Source of the DNA: Octopus sinensis
Lineage: Eukaryota
Assembly (NCBI RefSeq): GCF_006345805.1
Contig: NC_043017.1
Location: 23,250,001 to 23,314,000 of the forward strand
Length of the DNA: 64,000 nt
Reading direction: 5' to 3'
The notes beneath the pieces were generated by a model. That model was not told where the DNA came from, ran no database searches, and saw only the letters and a program-made list of their open reading frames with translations. Both the position numbers and the translations under genes were made by a program. This document shows positions 39,067 to 50,790 of the stretch, piece after piece (the first letter of the stretch is position 1; each line of letters begins with the position of its first letter).

Positions 39067-39409
39067 ATGCGTCCAATTAGCGGTGTCGTTGGTAATTTTT
39101 TCTTGACGTCAATGACACCTTTGACAGATATTAAAAGTACCTTTATAGAACTATGTTCATTAAAAAGTGTAGAACTATATTATCACCCTCAAATTTGAGA
39201 AACAAACACTCATAACTTTTTTCTTTTAAAACTTCATTGCATGAAATTCCTCGAATTGACCTCTATCCTTTAAGCTTAATTAAAATATTGTTTGTTTTTA
39301 AAATAAAAAAAGTTAATTATACTTAAATCCAATTTTTTGCCTTATATTTTTTTACATGATATTTTACCTAACAACTTTTTTGATACACATCTTTGTTGCA
39401 TGGGAACAA

Positions 39410-40000
39410 AACTATGAAATTCTTCATGATTTCTTCTGTCATTGTGCCTAGAGTGTTTGTAGAAGGAAGAGCTCTAAAAACAGTCAGTTTTTTCACTAGC
39501 TTGGTTCTACTGGGACAAACGATGCTAAACTTGATAAAGAAATTGAAATACGTATGAGCAAAGCAAGTTCGCCTTTAGGCAAACCAGAGACACTGGACTG
39601 CTCATAATGTCTCTATTTAAACCCAAACTGAAATCTATAAAGCTATCGTCATAACTTTCTTGTATGGGTCAGAGACTTGGACCCCTATCGGATGTACACT
39701 AATCAATTAAACAGCTTTTACATGAGATGCCTGATATGAATATGTAAATGTAGAATGAATATGTAGAATAAAATGGGATGATAGAATGAGAAGTAGTGAT
39801 ATTTTGTCTTTATGTAATATCTCTGACATAGAAACTTCCCGAATCAGGATTCAGCTGAGGTGGTGTTTTGGGGAATGAATGATGATAGAATTCCAAAATA
39901 AGTCTTTCGTGGACAATTAAAAACTCATGGCGTAAGTATAAAGATAAATTTAGGAATAATTTAAAACGCCTCGGCATAAAAAGGAATGATTGGAAGGACA
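39410..40000 (+). mobile_element. RTE-clade LINE 3' fragment, decayed
   Basis: LGSTGTNDAKLDKEIEIRMSKAS...FLYGSETW...YMRCL...QLRW...MNDDRIPK...KDKFRNNLKRLGI..DWKD across frameshifts; followed by (TACA)n. Confidence 0.88.
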
Positions 40001-41584
40001 TGCATGCATACATACATACATACATACATACATACATACATACATACATACATACATACATACATACATACATACACTACACGAATGTGCCCACTTTTCC
40101 TTGCAAATCGAGTTTTACACGACTACGGAGATTACAGTGGTGTGAAACTGAAGTCTACGAGAGAAATAATGCAGGCTAAATAAACAATGCACTTTAGAGT
40201 AGATATTGAATACTTCTCCTTCTTTCGTTGGAAAACTGTAATATTTGATTGTTTGTAAGGGAGTGTGTGTGCGTGTTTAATCTTATAGAAGGTAAAATAA
40301 AGAGATATGGAAACTAATATCAGGTCTGTAATGTCAATGAGAGATGGGGGAGATTTACAAGAAGAGGGAAAGTAGAAAAGGAGTGTAAGAAGTGTTAAAA
40401 GAGAGAAAAGGACTACAAAAAAAAACAACAAAAAAGAGCTCATAGAAAGAGGTGAGCGACGAGAGGAGGTGGATGGAATTTTACTTTTAAATTAATTATC
40501 AGCTCTGACGCGTCTTCGGTTCTTTGGTTTTTCTTGCAACCACATTCCTGGCTATAACTTCTGTTAACCCCTTTCCTCTCAGATCTTCCTTTAACTGCAA
40601 GTTATTCCTTTGTAAAATTAAGGCCAGAATTTATATTTTATTTACGTGTTTATTTATTTTGGTCGCAATATAAAGACATCACAAGTGAAAGGTCTCAGCA
40701 ACCAAAAGATGGAGTAAGAAATTGTGATAGTATAAGAAAGACTGGAGAAATATAAAAGGGCAACAGAAAGAAGGGGAGAATAGAGAATGTGTACAAGTAA
40801 ACAAGAAAAGCAAAAATACAAGAGAGTGAACGAGAGAAACTAAGGGAGAAAGTGTGTTGCGTGTGTGCGTGTATGTGTGTGTGCGTGTATGTGTATGTGC
40901 GTGTATGTGTGTGTGCGTGTATGTGTATGTGCGTGTATGTGTGTGTGCATGTATGTGTGCGTGCGTGCGTGCGTACATGTTTATTTCATCAGGATTTACT
41001 ACATGAAAAAGAAGACTTCTAAATGTGACATCTATGAAATGCGCGTGTATAGCGAACACTTTGCCGGACTGTTATTGATTACAGTAATGTAGAAAGGGGC
41101 CTCTGTTTTAACTATACCCTATAATATGGGTCAAGTTTATTTTACAGGGAACAGGTGGTAGGGAGAGGCTTACTTTATCGATTCCTCGTAGTATGTCGCG
41201 CCCTCTCTTTTCTTTATCTCCCTCTCTTTCGGACGCGTTTCTTACTTTATCTCATTCTTTTCCTTATAAACTGGACTCGGCATTTATTTGCAAGATTTCT
41301 TTCTCTCTCTCTCATTTCTCTCTCATTTCTCCTCTCTCTCTCTCTCTCATTTCTCTCTCTCTCTCTCTCTCTCTCCTCTCTCTCTCCTCTCTCTCTCCTC
41401 TTTCTCTCCGTGTAGACACACATACATAAATATTTCTTTTTTCTTCTTTTCTCTTTAGCTATTTCAGTCGTAGGACTGCGACTATGCTGAAGCACACCAC
41501 AATCGTTTATTTTCTTTGTTTTGATGTCGCTGTATGCCTGGAAGCTGGTCTATGATTGAGTTTGTGTGTGTGTGTGTGAGTGAG

Positions 41585-41616
<32 letters not shown>

Positions 41617-42169
41617 TGAAAGAGAGAGAGAGTGCGTGCGCACACGCACGCGCACTTACATAAGGTTTCGGTCAGAATTGGCACCACCTGGAAAAGACAT
41701 TTTATGATGCTTCATATTACAGTCATTCTTTGGACACTATTACCTATTCGAGTAAAGAGTTATTATATACGGGTATATCCAGACATGGGTGGTTTATCTA
41801 GAATTCGTTGGAGATATTTGTCTAACAACCGTTTGAATGTTATAAGATCTCTTACTTCTCTTGTGTATCTCGGCATGGTGTTAAAGAGAGCCGGGCCAGA
41901 GGTGAAATAGTTCTATCTGAGTGTCGTGGTGGGATGCGAACATGGTTTTTGTTGAGGATGGATGATACGGGGACCAAACTTCATTCGGGCAGCCAGATGT
42001 GGTGCCAATTTCAGTAACATCTAAGCAAATTGTTCTCTTGGAAAGGCAAATGAGAGTAAGGTGGAGCAACGTCAAAGCAATAGGTGGCAAACAAGTCGTG
42101 AGTCGGTAGAATGCAAAGCGTTTGCAGGTCAGTCCCTCTGCAGATCCTACAATACACTGGGCATCGCAT

Positions 42170-42312
42170 CAGTGGCGTAGCTAGAGTGTGCGAGCCCAGG
42201 ACGGCTCTTCTGTTTGTCGCCCCCGAATCCCACAATAAAACGCATATTGCCTACAGCAGACCCAAAAGTGCCGCCCGGGCGGACGCCCCCCCCCCTTCCA
42301 GTTACACTAGTG
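42170..42312. mobile_element. 143-bp hAT-type MITE with 8-bp TSD
   Basis: Identical catcgcat at 42162-42169 and 42313-42320; degenerate TIRs cagtggcgtagctag / ccagttacactagtg (10 of 15 match). Confidence 0.8.
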
Positions 42313-42541
42313 CATCGCATAAGTCAGTAGGTGGAAGAGATTACCTCAAGGTGGCTATATATCAGGTGGAGCGAACCCTGGAAAAGGCAATGCTAGCAAG
42401 GGTAGTGCTAACCGGGCACAATATGGGGCTTGATCAATCCTAGCTGGGTCACCTTGGTGAAAGTGTTTGGTTGTTGAAAGACTCCAAGCACATAAACTCC
42501 CAGGAAACATCACTGATGATGTATGTATGTAAATATGTGTG

Positions 42542-42705
42542 GGATGGAAGCACTCCGTCGGTTACGACGACGAGGGTTCCGGTTGATCCGAATCAACGGA
42601 ACAGCCTGCTCATGAAATTAACGTGTAAGTGGCTGAGCACTCCACAGACACGTGTACCTTTAACGTAGTTCTCGGGGATATTCAGCGTGACACAGAGAGT
42701 GACAA
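42542..42705 (-). mobile_element. SINE family E, 3' part
   Basis: aagcactccgtcggttacgacgacgagggttccggttgatccg...cagcgtgacacagag is homologous to 50455-50620. Confidence 0.75.
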
Positions 42706-42760
42706 TATGTGTATATCTGTATATTTATGCATGGATATTTGTGCACACATACAAACTTAC

Positions 42761-42852
42761 ACGCAAATAGAATAACTGCACTGCGCTTTTCTATGCTTAT
42801 GTATGTTAGGCTTATGGGCGTTTTTTTTTTAGAAAACACATTTTTAGCCTTG
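42761..42852 (-). CDS. Weak candidate 92-nt exon (phase 2 to phase 1)
   Basis: Strong acceptor ctgcttttcacag and donor T|gtaagt; open frame KAKNVFSKKKTPISLTYISIEKRSAVILFA joins in frame to 38639; no protein homology recognised. Confidence 0.2.
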
Positions 42853-43434
42853 CTGTGAAAAGCAGATATTGTTGTTAAACCGCGGTTTTCTCTCAGAAAA
42901 AGGAGATCGGCCTGATTAGTTTCAGAGGTCAGTCGTTTATTCTCATAGAGAAAAACATGCGGCTTAGTCATAATATGTACTTTTTATAGAAAGGTTTAAA
43001 ATGTATTTACTAGAAACATACATCTGTAGATTTTATCTGAATGTCACGGAAATTTCTTTGTAGTGCTTCTCCTAATACACGTTTCCATCGCTTGTACCGT
43101 TATGCAATGTAGACACACCAATTCAGTTATGTGAATTTTAGCTACTACTTTCTCAATGGTCGGGAAAATGAGTAATTAAATCAACCTTTGATAAATCAGG
43201 AAAATAAATTAAAAGATACAGGAGGAAACTAGTCAAGTCAATGTCCTTTCTGAAAACATGCGGTTTAAGCACAATATCTTCTCTTCACAATGAGGTTTAA
43301 AACGTGTTTATCAAAATTACCCCCACCTCCAACACACACAAATACACACAAATCTTTCTTACATCTCTCTATTCTCTCTCTCTCTCTCTTTCGCGCACTT
43401 ACGTACTCTCACTCTCTCTCTCTCTCTCTTTCTT

Positions 43435-43471
<37 letters not shown>

Positions 43472-43626
43472 ACACACATATACACACAAATCTTTCTTAC
43501 ATCTCTCCATTCTCTCTCTCTCTCTCTTTCTCTTTCGCGCACTTACGTACTCTCACTCACTCTCTCTCTCTTTCTTTCTCTCTCTCTCTCTCTCTCTTTC
43601 TTTCTCTCTCTCTCTCTCTCTTTCTT

Positions 43627-43657
<31 letters not shown>

Positions 43658-44040
43658 ACACACATATACATATATTATACACACACACATATGCACATGC
43701 ATACGCGCACACTTGCACACACACACACAACATTCACACAAGTATATGAGTGCGTAGATATACGTGTACGTATTTACATCCTTCTGCTTTTTGTAACACT
43801 GTGTGTGCTTGGACATGTGTGCATTGAGCTAATAACGAATGGTAATCAACAGCCAACCATTATTAATACATGCGCAAAACGCGTAGTGACACATCTACCC
43901 ACTTCTCTTTTTCCCTCTCACCCACTCGCTTTTACTCTCTATTACCCTTTCTCTCTTCCTCTCTCTCTTTCCCTTACATACTTACACACACACACGCACA
44001 CACACACACACAGAGTTGATTCTTTCTTTTGTGGTGCATC

Positions 44041-44457
44041 CTTTACTCTTACTCTTTACTCTTTACTTGTTTCAGTCATTTGACTGCGGCCATGCTGGAG
44101 CACCGCCTTTAGTCGAGCAAATCGACCCCGGGACTTATTCTTTGTAAGCCCAGTACTTATTCTATCGGTCTCTTTTGCCGAACCGCTAAGTTACGGGGAC
44201 GTAAACACACCAGCATCGGTTGTCAAGCAATGCTAGGGGGACAAACACAGACACACAAACACACACACACATACATACATATACATACATATATACGACA
44301 GGCTTCTTTCAGTTTCCGTCTACCAAATCCACTCACAAGGCATTGGTCGGCCCGGGGCTATAGCAGAAGACACTTGCCCAAGATGCCACGCAGTGGGACT
44401 GAACCCGGAACCATATGGTTGGTTAGCAAGCTACTTGCCACACAGCCACATCCTGCT
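44041..44457 (-). mobile_element. Full-length SINE family B
   Basis: Reverse complement of 34875-35296. Confidence 0.93.
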
Positions 44458-44824
44458 TATAAACTTTATGCATATAACTAAATTACAAAGAAACCTAGAA
44501 TAACTTTTTGGCTGCCTAGTTGTACCACCGCTAAAAGCACAATAGCGTCATTACCAACATCATCATCATCATCACTATCTTCAGCATCTTTCCCATGATC
44601 AACATCTTCATCATCACTATCACCGTCCTTACTAATTCCTTGGTCTCGACCGTCATCCTTAACACAATCACTATTATTACCAGCATCATTACGACTATCT
44701 TACCATTATCACCAATGCCATCACCATCCTTAGATAGATACTGTTTTTATCTGTTACATAATGTGTGTATACGTATGTACATGTGTGTGTGTATGTGTGT
44801 ATATGTATACATGTATATGTATGC

Positions 44825-44855
<31 letters not shown>

Positions 44856-44872
44856 TAGAGGGAGAGAGAGAG

Positions 44873-44915
<43 letters not shown>

Positions 44916-44981
44916 AGATATAGATAGATAGATAGATAGATAGATATACATACATACATATATATGTACACACACACACAG

Positions 44982-45056
<75 letters not shown>

Positions 45057-45224
45057 GTAATGGCGAGGTGGAAATCCATGCCGCCATCTCTTCAGTTATC
45101 TGGGCATCGGAAAATGGCGGCGTGGATTTCCACCTCGGCATCCGAAACTTGGAGTGTTATCATGGCTATAGATATATAAAAAGGCAACCAACTTTTTTTC
45201 AATTTTGTCAAAGCAAAATACTGG

Positions 45225-45955
45225 GATCTTTTCCTTTTGAACGGCAGTTTTCAACACAATTTCTAGTTAACTAAACACTTTTAAACTTCGTATACTGGTA
45301 GAATGTGTCAAAATAAAACATTTTTTTCTTTTGGCTTTCTTGAGAAAATTGTAATTTGTAAGTTTAACGTAGTTTAATTTTTCGAATTTTAACCAATCGA
45401 TGGCCTCTATTGAGCTAAAATCATTTGCTGCGTCTAAAACTGAGACAACATCCTGTCACTAACCCTAACCCTAAATTTTAGCCTTTCGTTTTGTTTTGTT
45501 TTTTTCTTAATTGTTATCCTTAAATTAATTTAACAATTTAGAAGGAAAAAAACGAAATGCTAAAACGAAAGCAAAAACAAAAACAAAACGAATAATTTTA
45601 GACACACGCGTAACAATTAAATTAATTTAACAATTAAGAAGAAAAAAAATGAAAGGCTAAAATTTAGGGTTAGGGTTAGGGTTAGTGTTAGGGTTAGGGT
45701 TAGTATTAGGGTTAGGGTTAGTGACAGGATGTTGTCTCAGTTTTAGACGCAGCAAATGATTTTAGCTCAACAGAGGCCATCGATTGGTTAAAATTCGAAA
45801 AATTAAATTACGTTAAACTTACAAATTACAATTTTCTCAAGAAAGCCAAGAGAAAAAAATGTTTTATTTTGACACATTCTACCAGTATACGAAGTTTAAA
45901 AGTGTTTAGTTAACTAGAAATTGTGTTGAAAACTGCCGTTCAAAAGGAAAAGATC
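45225..45955. mobile_element. GATC-ended palindromic MITE (second subfamily) with TTAGGG array
   Basis: Near-perfect inverted arms gatcttttccttttgaacggcagttttcaacac / gtgttgaaaactgccgttcaaaaggaaaagatc; taaccctaaccc at about 45460-45472 and an expanded ttaggg array at about 45664-45722. Confidence 0.93.
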
Positions 45956-45958
45956 TTA

Positions 45959-46019
<61 letters not shown>

Positions 46020-46255
46020 ATCTGTGTGTGTATATGTTTGTGTGTCTGTGTTTGTCCCCCCCAACATCGCTTGACAACCGATGCTGGTGTGTTTACGTCC
46101 CCGTAACTTAGCGGTTCGGCAAAAGTGACCGATAGACTAAGTACTAGGATTACAAAGAATAAGTCCTGGGGTCGATTTGCTCGACTAGAAGCGGTGCTCC
46201 AGCATGGCCACAGTCAAATGACTGAAACAAGTAAAAGAGTAAAAAGTAAAGAGTA
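46020..46255 (+). mobile_element. SINE family B, 3' half
   Basis: gtctgtgtttgtccccccaacatcgcttgacaaccgatgctgg...gaaacaagtaaaagag. Confidence 0.9.
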
Positions 46256-46540
46256 TACCCCAATATCAGAATATTCTTTTCCTTAAATTAAACCAGCAAA
46301 ATCACCTAAAACACCTTACGTGCGCCTCTCGGCACATTCACACCTTATATGAATCATTATAATTCACACAAAAACTTTTAGTCATTATAAAAACGACACA
46401 CCACAACAGTCACATATACAAACAACTGAGGAAATATTTATGAATAATTATAAATACAGTTTCTATTCTTCAATCCCCACAGCCTGAATATTCCTAATAA
46501 GGATGGAAATGGTTAGTCATAATGAGGAATTGCACTTTCA

Positions 46541-46595
<55 letters not shown>

Positions 46596-46903
46596 CTTTT
46601 AAATTGTATCTTTCGTTTGTTTCAGTCATCTGTCTGCGGCCATATTGGTGCTCTTCCTTAAAGTGGTTTAGTCGAACAAACAGTACTTTTTATTTGTTTA
46701 TTTTTTTTTTACTAAGCCTGATACTTATTCTATCAGTTTCTTTAAGTAAACCACCAAGTGACGGGGATGTAAACAAACCAGCATCTGATGTCAAGCGGTG
46801 GTGGTGGACAAATACAAATACACACAAGCCACACACATACGCACACATACATACGCACACACACATATGCATACGCGCACGCGCGCATACACACACTCAC
46901 ACA

Positions 46904-48182
46904 CGAGGGTCGGCTGAATAGTTCATAGGCTGATTAAGATACTCTGACGGAAGGTGACCAAACGAGGTCCATTTTTCAACACAATCCCCCTTGCAGCCAA
47001 CACACTTCTTCCATTGGTATTGCAGTGTTTGAATTCCATCAGTGAAGAAACTTACATCCGTTTGCTCAAAAAAGTCAACAGTAGATATGACATTATCACC
47101 ATCATTGCAATACAGGTTCCTATCCAAGTGCTTTTTCATGATAGGAAACAGATGATTGTCAGATAGAACCAAATCTGGAGAAATGAGGGACTGATCAGCC
47201 AGTTCAAAGACACAGCCATTGAAACGAAGGACATGTGCTGGAGCACTGTCCTCATGAAACAGAACCCCTTTTGTCAATTTGCCAAGGCATTTAGTCTTGA
47301 TAGCCTTTCGTAACTGCCTCAGCAAATTGGCATAGTATTCCCCATTGATGGTGTGACCCTTTTGAAGATAGTAAATAAACACAATGCATTTTACATCTCG
47401 AAAAACTGAGACCATCACCTTCCCTGCAGATGAAACGGCCTTGGCTTTCTTGAAGCACGTGAGTAGGGGTGTTTCCACCGTATGGACTGTCTTTTTGTAT
47501 CTGGATCAAAGTGATGAATCCAATATTCATCCTGGATGAGAAAACATTCAATAAGACTAGCTGGATTTGCCTCAAACAAAGTTAGATTTTCCCGTGATGT
47601 GATCAGCCTGGTGCACTTTTGATTAGGTGCCAATGGACGTGGCACCCATTGAGTAGAAACCTTTATCATGCCAAGTTCATTGTGCAGAATATTTTCAACC
47701 CTCTCACGGGATATGCTAAGAGGATTGGCTATTTGATTTATATTCAAACGTCTGTAATCCATATGTGGTGAGCACTATCAATGCTTTCCTCGATGGTGGC
47801 AGTTGCAGGACGTCCAGACCTTGGATTATCTTCAAGACTCTTCCTTTCCCTCCTAAATTCAGCTTCCCATTTTTACACTGTTGATAAAGCTGGAGTGTCA
47901 TCCCCTAATATAGCAACCATGTCAACATGAATGTCGTTTAAGGGGCTAAACCCTTTTTCTACAGGTACTTGATTACACCACGATGCCAAATTTTGCTCAT
48001 TTTCAAAAGAAGTTGCTACTAGTTACCTTTTGAAGTCTTCTTTGAACAGTCAGACGTCATTTTAGCTGGAAAGAAACAATGCAGTTATTTGTAAGATGGA
48101 TTGAAATTAACGCATGCGAGAAATTCACAGCTCAATCGCCACTCTTTCATAGTCAGCCTACGAACTTCTCAACCCATCCTTG
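46904..48182 (-). mobile_element. Full-length (about 1.28 kb) decayed mariner element
   Basis: TIRs cgagggtcggctgaatagttcataggctgatt and agtcagcctacgaacttctcaacccatccttg; TA at 48183-48184 and mutated CA at 46902-46903. Confidence 0.93.
46969..48000 (-). pseudogene. Mariner (D,D34D-type) transposase pseudogene
   Basis: MSKIWHRGVIKYL...WVPRPL...QDEYWIHHFDPDTKRQS..W...SAGKVMVSVF...LFHEDSAPAH...SPDL..SD.HLF...KGDCVEK, broken by stops and frameshifts. Confidence 0.93.
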
Positions 48183-48299
48183 TACATGTATATTATTATC
48201 CCCAAGAACAACAGGATCCACTTCTTCGTCATCATGCACTTTCATATGTCGTTTCGAACTCCTGTTGATAGGAAAACTTTGATACATTCATGGCGTGTT

Positions 48300-48720
48300 G
48301 TTATGCTGTGTATGGCTCAATATAAGTCAACTCCCTGTACGTGGCCTCTTTTTTGACTTTTCAGTCCCGTTCTGCTGAAGCAGACTCTTCCACATTCATA
48401 TCACGTCCACACCCTTTCTAGCATCTTTCTTCACCTTTTCCTGATTTCTTCGAGCTGTCTCGAAATTCTCACTTCCCTCAATGTACTGCTTTCCTCCATC
48501 TTTCCCAGTTAGTTGCAATTTCTTCCCAGTCATTTCCCGAGATTTTCATTAAACCAATTTTACGTTTGGTAAAACCAATCACATGGGCACAAACATTATA
48601 TACAGACTCCTTAAAGTTCTTCCTGTTGTTTTCACATTCCAACACTTCCATCTTTTTTATAAGGACCTGTCTCAGGCGAGCAAATAAACGGTGCTGTAAC
48701 AATGTTTCGTCCCTTGTGTG
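48300..48720 (-). mobile_element. RTE-clade LINE extreme 3' coding fragment
   Basis: NRKNFKESV...NDWEEIATNWERWRKAV...CGRVCFSRTGLKV (RTE C-terminal zinc-finger remnant). Confidence 0.7.
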
Positions 48721-48999
48721 TTTTTAGACGCTATGGCGTAGTTTAAGGGAAATTTGACTGCTATTTCTTGCAGGTTGAGAGACCACGTAAATGTTGTTCC
48801 CATGGAGGCAAACAATCACGACTTCCGATATATTCAGTAATCGAAGCTTCAATTGGCTGAAATTACATAAATTTTAATGCTTGTCATTTTTTTATTATTA
48901 ATTTCTAGGGAAAATGAATGCGATTTTCGTCATCAGCACGTAAAACTACATTATAACTACATATTTTGAAAATAATTTGTTTCGAAGAAATTTAACAAG

Positions 49000-49480
49000 A
49001 TCTGGCACTCTTCACTTTCTGAGTTCAAAGACTTCCGACATCGTCTTTGCTTTTCATCCTTTCGGAGGTGATAGTGTAAAGTACCAATCAAGTACTGGAG
49101 TCGATGTAATCGACTAATCCTTTACACTGAAATTGTTGGCTTGTGCTCAAAATTTGAAACCAATATTTGTCTTTCAGGACTATGCACAATAAAGTAAAAA
49201 ATATCCCACCATGCATCTACCGTCTGGTCATTGATAAGGCATTCCTCTGAACTCCTGTATTTTTAACTATGTTTCCTTCAAAACAAAGGAACTACCATAA
49301 CGTTGCCAGTCTCTAACTTATAAGTAAATTACAGCGAGCTGAGTCGAACTCAGCAAGGTACGGGGTCGATAAATTAAGAACCATTTACACACTGGGGTCG
49401 ATGTAATCGACTTAATACCTTTGTCTGTCCTTGTTTGTTCCCTCTGTGTTTAGCCCCTTGTGAGTAGTAAAGAAATAGGT
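49000..49480 (+). mobile_element. Two partial SINE family A copies
   Basis: ttctgagttcaaa...ttttcatcctttcgg...gtcgatgtaatcgac near 49015-49170; ggggtcgataaattaag...gtagtaaagaaata near 49342-49478. Confidence 0.8.
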
Positions 49481-49949
49481 ACCTCGCGGCTTCTATGATA
49501 TACCCCAAAAACAATAAAAGCAATATCAGCAGCTGTAGTAACAGTAACAGTAACAACTAAAAGTTTGTCTCTCTTTTAAAGAGAGCCATCATATGTATGC
49601 ATGGGTGGGTTCACACACACACACGCGTACTCACACAAAGCGCATGCACATTCACACGTGTGTGTATATGTGTGTGCGCGCGCGTGAGTGTGTTTGTGTA
49701 TGTGCGCTGTGAAAAGACTGGAAGCTGAGCTCCGTCTAAGTAAACAGAATGTGAATTACCATACTCATATATATACTCATAATCAAGACACACATTTACA
49801 CACATATTAGGCAATACACATTACACTACCTTGTGTCAGCCAGTCTAGCATAAAAATTAATCACTACTAGATCTACACAGTTGGGTGGTTAGTGATAGAA
49901 TGGATAACCAACCGTGAAAACATAACATTTGCTGCAACAGTTCATATTA

Positions 49950-49950
49950 A

Positions 49951-50044
<94 letters not shown>

Positions 50045-50096
50045 GTGATGATGATCCACCTAGTGCAAAGCATGAGATGTGCAGCACACACTCACA

Positions 50097-50169
<73 letters not shown>

Positions 50170-50170
50170 A
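49950..50170. repeat. (AAT)n-(GAT)n and (CA)n microsatellites
   Basis: Directly visible. Confidence 0.95.
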
Positions 50171-50454
50171 TATGTATCTGTGTATGTTTGTATGTATGTA
50201 TACATATATCTATTTATCCATCTATCTATCTATCTGTGTTTAAACTGCATTTGGCAGTGGGCCCCTTGTTTGGGAGTTCCAGGGTTCTGAAGAATAAGGA
50301 ACCACTTCTTAGTCATTATTGTTGCCTAATCTACTTTGACCTGGAGTAGTAACATCTGCCAGGGTCCCAGCTAGGAATTAATTAGCTTGTAAATATAAAC
50401 CACTAGGATTGAGGGATCCCTAGCTGTTGTAAAAGCATTTTTGTAGGACAGGGA

Positions 50455-50790
50455 CATCTGATGTACTGGCACTCTGTTGGTTATGATGACGAGTGATCCA
50501 GATGATCCGATCAACTGAACAGCCTACTCGTGAAATTTACGTACAAGTCACTGAGCACTTCACAGATATGCATACCCTTAATGTAGTTGTCAGTGAGATT
50601 CCACCGTGACACAGTATGTTAAGACTGACCTTTTGAATTCTTTGAATTACCAGTACAATTCATTTTTGCCAGCTGAGTGAACTGAAACAGCATTAAATAA
50701 AGTGTCTTGCTCAAGGACACAACATGTTGCTGAGTATCAAACTTATGATCTTATGAGCCAGATACCCCAAACCACTAAACCACAAGCCTT
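50455..50790 (-). mobile_element. SINE family E (tRNA head, CORE-like domain, tail)
   Basis: Minus strand: ggcttgtggtttagtgg head, gtgtccttgagcaagacactt CORE-like motif, tail shared with 42542-42705; many CpG to TpG/CpA changes. Confidence 0.7.

Noticed and set aside
43760-43850. Hydrophobic plus-strand stretch IYILLLFVTLCVLGHVCIELI with a G|gtaatc donor
   Set aside because: No in-frame ATG nearby, poor acceptor, embedded in microsatellites.
45660-45725. True telomere
   Set aside because: Short, internal, and inside a palindromic MITE.
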